DNA from: Lama glama
Taxonomy: Eukaryota
Direction of reading: 5' to 3'
Assembly (NCBI GenBank): GCA_028534125.1
Contig: CM052816.1
Location: 5,396,001 to 5,460,000, forward strand
DNA: 64,000 nt
Within the stretch, counting starts at the first letter, position 1. Each line of letters starts with the position of its first letter. Below, one piece after another: positions 58,900 to 64,000 of this stretch. The position numbers and the translations under genes were made by a program. Under the pieces are notes generated by a model that was not told where the DNA came from, did no database searches, and was given only the letters and a program-made list of their open reading frames with translations.

Positions 58900-59570
58900 C
58901 CACTCATAAGTAAAAAGCAACTGTCTAGACATGAACATGAAAACATAAATGTAGCTGCCAATAGGTAGGCTTTCTAATGCAAATATCATGCTGTCATCCA
59001 ATCCATCTGGCACAGAATTTAATAAGTAAGTGATAATGGACTAAAAGAGGGTCCCAGACTACATTGAGGGATGCCATTTCTGTGTTCTTTGAAAGGGTGG
59101 TAGGTTTTCAATGAGTAAAGTCTTTAATTACTAAGCCCAGGAAGTTGCATTTTATTATTATAAACTTAAAATTTTCAAATTAATAACATTTCCTTACTGC
59201 AAAGTTAACTAGTGGGGACATTAAGGTTCTTTTGATCAACATAAAGAATTTGAGCTCAGTAATTAGAGACAACAACTTACAGCTTACATCTGCCTCAAAG
59301 CACCATTTCTCTATTTTGCTTTAGTTGCCCAATGTTGAGAAAACTTTTTGGATGTAACGGGTAGCAGATGCACTTTTTTTTTTTTTTAACACAACCTTCC
59401 CTACAATGTCAGGATTCTCTTCAATTAAACAGACAGAAGAAAAAGCTGGTCACCTTTGATGTGTAAAAATGTAATATATAACACACGAGTGGTTAAAAAT
59501 GTTTTTTCTTCTTATTACAGCTTTAAAAAGAATTAACACACTTTGCAACAATGTCTGCGGAATCCCTGAA
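58900..59570. promoter_or_regulatory. Candidate conserved non-coding element
   Basis: Repeat-free and AT-rich. Octamer atgcaaat (58977), ctttgaa (59087), cctttgat (59453), aacaatg (59547) and multiple taatta. Confidence 0.45.
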
Positions 59571-60203
59571 GCACCCACGTGGACCTCCACAGTCTCAAAG
59601 TGCTGGCTGGGATGATCTCTGCGGTTCTCCCAGCTCTGGCCCAGCCTCCTCACCCTTACATCTTGAACAGAAAGGAGCAAAACCCCAGTAGCAGAAGCCA
59701 GCCTGAAGCAAGCAGGCTTTCTGCCAAGTGCTCCCTCTTTTCCCATTTTGGAGGGGAGAGTGAGGAGGGGAAGAAGAGAAGGTAACAATTACTGCCACAG
59801 ACTGCACCTGCTTAGATAAATCCATATCTACCTAGAGCTAGGAAAGCCACCAGTTGGAATAGAGAAAGGCATTCAGAGAACAGAGCAAAGAGGGCCCCGC
59901 CAGGTCCTCCTCCAGCTCCAAGGCTGCAACCTTAATCCTGATAACTCAGTGGCTTCTGGTAAAGAGACTAGCAGATCCCCGCAAAGAAGCAATTCCAAAC
60001 ACTATGGAGAGCAGCAATCATACCTCCAGCCGCCGTGTGTACAGACGGCAGGTCTGCATAACGCATGCCACAGCACGCTCATTCATCTTTAACCAGGACG
60101 TTATCCTTTTGCTGTCTATCTTAGGGAAAAGAAAAATCACTGGTATATCCCACATCTAGAAGAACGAAAGGGCTGGGATGATGAAGAGAAAAAAGAAAAG
60201 GGA

Positions 60204-60349
60204 GAGGTGGTGACCTCCACGTCCCTGGAGCTATTCAAGCCGAGACTAGGTGATTGCCTTTGAAGGCTGCTGCAGAGAGCACTCCTCCCCCGGTGAGACA
60301 TTGTACTGAAAGATTCCCAAGGCTCCCTTTCAGCTCAAACTCTGTTTCT
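60204..60349 (+). mobile_element. L3/CR1 LINE 3' fragment
   Basis: gaggtggtgacctccacgtccctggagctattcaagccgagactagg..aaggctccctttcagctc. Confidence 0.7.
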
Positions 60350-60837
60350 AAAAATAAAAGAAATCCTTGAAAAAAAATTTTTTTAAATCACACAAGTTAC
60401 ACGTGCACACAATCATATCTTAGGATCAACAACAGTATGATAGTATTTACGACGCATTTTCCCCACATGCATTTTCTCAGGTTACCATCACCACAGCCCT
60501 GCGACACAGTGACTGCTGTCATTATTCCCATTTTGGAGGTAGGACAAGGGCTCTGAGTTTAAGTAATTGCTCTGAGGTCAGACAGCTGAGAGCAGACATC
60601 GCTGACAGCTCCAGGCTTCTCGCTGACATTTTTCCTCCTCCTCCTCTTCCCTCAGCCTCTTCCCTTTCTGTCTCATGGTGGGTACGGTGTAACAATGAGA
60701 AGATGGAGGAGAGATGCAGAGAAGGAGCCTCCTGTACAGGTAACTGGCTGAAGCCCCTCCCATCACTTCGTGCCACCAGATGATTCACAGAAGACTTAAC
60801 TTATAACCTCAGTGGGTAACGAACATACTGAGATACT

Positions 60838-61150
60838 AAACAATTTTTAAAAATTGTTTCACGCATATCCGAGTTTTAAAAAGAAAAAATTAGCCCACTT
60901 TTTAAGTTTAAAAAAAGGAAGCGTTTTAGTCTAAAGTGAGAAAATGAAAGGAAGAAAAGGGTTTGTTTCCCCTTTTTTTTCAAAGTAGGTTCTGCCATTC
61001 CCATGGGTGGCGCGTGAGTGCATGCTGCTTCTGAGATCACAGTGAATGAAGCATTCGGATGAATTCGACAACGAACCAGCACGGAAGACAAATGCTAATT
61101 CACTAAAGAAAAAAAAGCTTCATTCTAAAAAGTAAGTCCCTTAAGTTGGG
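60838..61150. promoter_or_regulatory. Candidate regulatory element with a 22-bp palindrome
   Basis: Perfect palindrome aaacaatttttaaaaattgttt (60838-60859), followed by repeat-free sequence with a CpG-retaining core (61005-61085). Confidence 0.35.
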
Positions 61151-62074
61151 TATCCCATTTGAATTTTCAAAAAGAGAGCCCACCCGGTTCTTGATTTTGT
61201 TTGGAGGCTGTTTTGATCCTCAGAATTCAGATTGAAACTGATTTTCCTCAAAAGTGTTTTAGCAAAGAGGGTGTGGGTGGCAATTGGTATGGGGTAGTGA
61301 CTCCCATCAAACTTTTCTGTATTCCAAGTGCTTAAAGGAGCCACAGTTTCTCAAATGGCTGGAAGACAGTGAGGAGTCCCAAAGCCTAGTGTGCAAACAC
61401 CTTCTTCATCTTCTTTCTGATGGAGGACCCTGGAGGGGACTGGTGGCCAAGCCCTTCTAGTAAGAGGCCCTGGGAGCTCAGAAAGGTTTAGTAATTGGCT
61501 CAAGGACACACAGCCTAGACTTATATCCTGACCTATATCTGGAACAGTGCTACCTGATTCTCAACAGGGAAAGCACTTCCAAAGAAAGTTGCCAGCTCAA
61601 GTTCAGCTTCCTAAAACCCAGCTTGGCCACAATCTGGGCATACACGGAACCATGGGGTGAGTTTAACAGCAAGCAGACACAGGAAAATTGAGGTTTTAGG
61701 GTAGAAGGAGTAACTCTCACTTGGGTGAGAGCTTCTCTGTTATTAAAACTAAAAGAGAAATCAGACAAGAGGCCCAAGGAGGCAGGTTTCAAGCGTTCAG
61801 ATTTTTGCTCAGTGATCACCACAGGGAAGTAGAGGGTGGAAGTGTAGGTGACTCAGGCTGAGTCTGGTTGACCACTCAGCACCCAACTCCCTCAGGTTGA
61901 CCAGATGACGCTCCAGCTGCATCCCTGCTGGTCCTTCTCCAGCCCCAGGGCCTACTTGGGCTACAAAGCCCTCCTCAAAGTTCCCCAAGGGGATCAAGCC
62001 ATTTCCTGCCCTCTTGCCTTTGCCCTTGGGGGATCCTCCTCCTAACATCCCTTTCCTCTTTTCTTCATTTATTT

Positions 62075-62455
62075 TTGTTCACCGAATTTTTAAAAACTTT
62101 TTGTCATAAAATAATTTCAAATTTATAGAAAAGATGCAAGAAAAGCAAAATGAACTCCTATCTTTCATCCATGTTTGTTGTCAATATTTTTCACATTCAT
62201 TTTCTCTTTCATTCTCCCTCTCCCCCATCTATCTGTATCTGTATTTTTTTCCTGAAACATTTGAGAGGAAGTTGAAGACATAATTATTCTATAATCCTAA
62301 ATTCTTCAGTGTGTATTTCTTAAGAACATCAAAATCAGGAAATTTAACACTGATATAATGCTATTAACTGATCTATTGTCAATATCCAAATTTTGCCAAT
62401 TGTTCCTATAAGATCCTTTATGCTAACTTTTATTTTCCTAGTGCAGGATCCAGTT
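62075..62455 (-). mobile_element. L1MC4/5-like 3' UTR
   Basis: aaataatttcaaatttatagaaaagatgcaag..ctgaaacatttgagag..ctaaattcttcagtgtgtatttc..aaaatcaggaaatttaacactgata. Confidence 0.88.
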
Positions 62456-62459
62456 CAAC

Positions 62460-62649
62460 ATTGTTCATTCATTTTCTTGTTGATCAAATACGTCATATGC
62501 CAGGCACTGTATAAAGCACTGGAGATAAAATAATGAGGGTGGGAAACAGACACAGCCACTGTCCTCCTGGTGCTTATAGTTTAGTAGAGAGGCATATTAA
62601 TTGAATAATCACACTAATTTTAAGTTACTGTAATCACAAACTAAGACAT

Positions 62650-62706
<57 letters not shown>

Positions 62707-62890
62707 GGCTCTGTGCAGGACACCTGGCTCGTTCAAGGTCAGTAGGAGCTGGGGATGGTGCAGTGGGGAGAGACCTGAAGTGGAGTTTAGCCTGTATTTC
62801 AGAACAACATGAAGCCACTGATAGGTCCCCAGGAGAGCCAGCGGCATGATTTACATTTCCAAAAGGCCATTCTGGCTACTGTGTGGAGAA
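62460..62890 (-). mobile_element. L2 LINE 3' end
   Basis: ttcattcatt..atatgccaggcactgtataaagcactggagata..tcctggtgcttatagtttagt..catgatttacatttc..cattctggctactgtgtggaga. Confidence 0.85.
62652..62703 (+). repeat. (GT)26 dinucleotide microsatellite
   Basis: Perfect 52-bp GT run. Confidence 0.98.
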
Positions 62891-63132
62891 AGATAATGAA
62901 AATATGGGTCAACAATCCCTTAGCCTTGATTTCAGAATCAAGTTTTTTTTTAATAACTCGTTTGGTGACAAACCCTGGATGGACATGAGGCTAATTATAT
63001 ATAGTCTTTATTTATCTACTATGTTTTTGCCACAGAAAAACATACTGTGCTATGATTATGGGAGCAGCCACAGATCCCGCTGGGGCTGTTACATGATGTG
63101 CACTGTATTAACCTCCCTAAATCAGAAAGATT

Positions 63133-63918
63133 CTTGTGTCACTTATCAATTTATTCCCTCAACTTTGAATACACCTTCTCTGACTACTATGTGAAAATGG
63201 ATCTGAGCCCTTTAACATTTTTCTGCTGCCAGATCACATGAGGTTATCAGTGATCAGTAGATGCTGGAGAGATGCTGCAGGAGGCAGGTATTATTTTCAT
63301 CCTGGTTCTGGTGCATTTGCCAGGCAGACAGCACAAAGGACTTCTCCAGCCCAGGCTCCTGTAGCAAGCACATCTTCTCTGTCATCCACCTTCAGGGACC
63401 ACAGCACCCAGCTGCCAGCAGCTTCCCCCTAAAACCCACTTCCTTGAGCGTTTCTGTCACTAAAAGTGGTATCTCGCCAAGAGTGGTTACCCCACCATGA
63501 ACAGCTTTTCCCAGCACGTTTCACTGGCGTGCCATCAGCTGTGCCATTCAGTAAGCACTGCTATTCCCTCCCCAACAAAGTCAAGATCTTAACCTTGGAG
63601 GTGATGAATGGGGCAGGGAGCTCTTCCTTGAGTGCTCTATCTCAGCCCAGGAGAGGGGTCTTCCTCAGGAATTCTATTTCAACAGGGTGGAGGTGGAGGC
63701 TGTGCTCCGTGGTGCTCCATCTCTGCCCTAGGGCTAGTGGCTGCTCCTGGATCGGCCGTTCCCACATTCTTCAGAACATATTTTGAGTTCTCTTTACTTC
63801 ATAATAGACAATCCTTCATGACTCCAATCTCCTGTCACAGTTAATAATTCTTTATATTAAATGTTCCACATTCAGATTACTGGGTGGTTTCTCTCTCCTG
63901 ACTGAACCCCAACTAACA
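63133..63918 (+). mobile_element. ERVL solo LTR (LTR33/LTR41-like)
   Basis: 5' atttattccctcaactttgaatacaccttc and 3' ataattctttatattaaatgttcc..gtggtttctctctcctgactgaaccccaactaaca. Confidence 0.75.
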
Positions 63919-64000
63919 TAATTCTGAATTCTGAAATCTGCCTCACACAGAGGGTTTAGGCTAAGGGATTCTGGACCTGACATAGTAACAACTTCTATGT

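Noticed and set aside
59521..59781. Possible exon (ttttttctcttattacag acceptor, aag/gtaaca donor, 261 bp)
   Set aside because: Stop codons occur in all three frames and the donor is weak. A non-coding exon cannot be excluded but is unsupported without RNA data.
1..64000. CRISPR arrays, operons, rRNA or prokaryote-type systems
   Set aside because: The sequence is mammalian. I saw no regularly spaced direct repeats, gene-dense organisation or rRNA motifs.

Overview
This is mammalian genomic DNA, almost certainly from a camelid (alpaca/llama/vicuna/camel): a tRNA-Ala-derived Vic-1-type SINE with a clean 15-bp target-site duplication (TSD) sits at 58719-58871, and several young artiodactyl-type L1 pieces are present. 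I can support no protein-coding gene, functional RNA gene or CRISPR array. The ORF track is explained by chance ORFs, N-runs and decayed retroelements. By eye, roughly half or more of the window is transposable-element debris: MIR, L2, L3/CR1, old L1M, MaLR/ERVL/ERV1 LTRs, and hAT and Tigger MITEs. Between these lie about eight repeat-free islands (about 14.4, 16.5, 20.5-21.5, 22.8, 36.9, 38.5-39.2, 58.9-59.6 and 60.8-61.1 kb). They carry clustered homeodomain/TCF/SOX/FOX-type motifs and look like conserved enhancers in a gene desert or very large intron; I cannot name the gene. There are two assembly gaps (500 N and 100 N), both next to young L1 sequence. I found no convincing previously undescribed biological system. 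The best leads are: a composite MER41-like ERV1 LTR with an internal polypurine-tract/LTR junction and a GAS motif; a near full-length ORF1-only (HAL1-like) element; an L1 insertion with a 30-bp TSD; and the enhancer-like islands. Repeat subfamily names are recalled from memory of consensus sequences, and boundaries are approximate unless a TSD is given.
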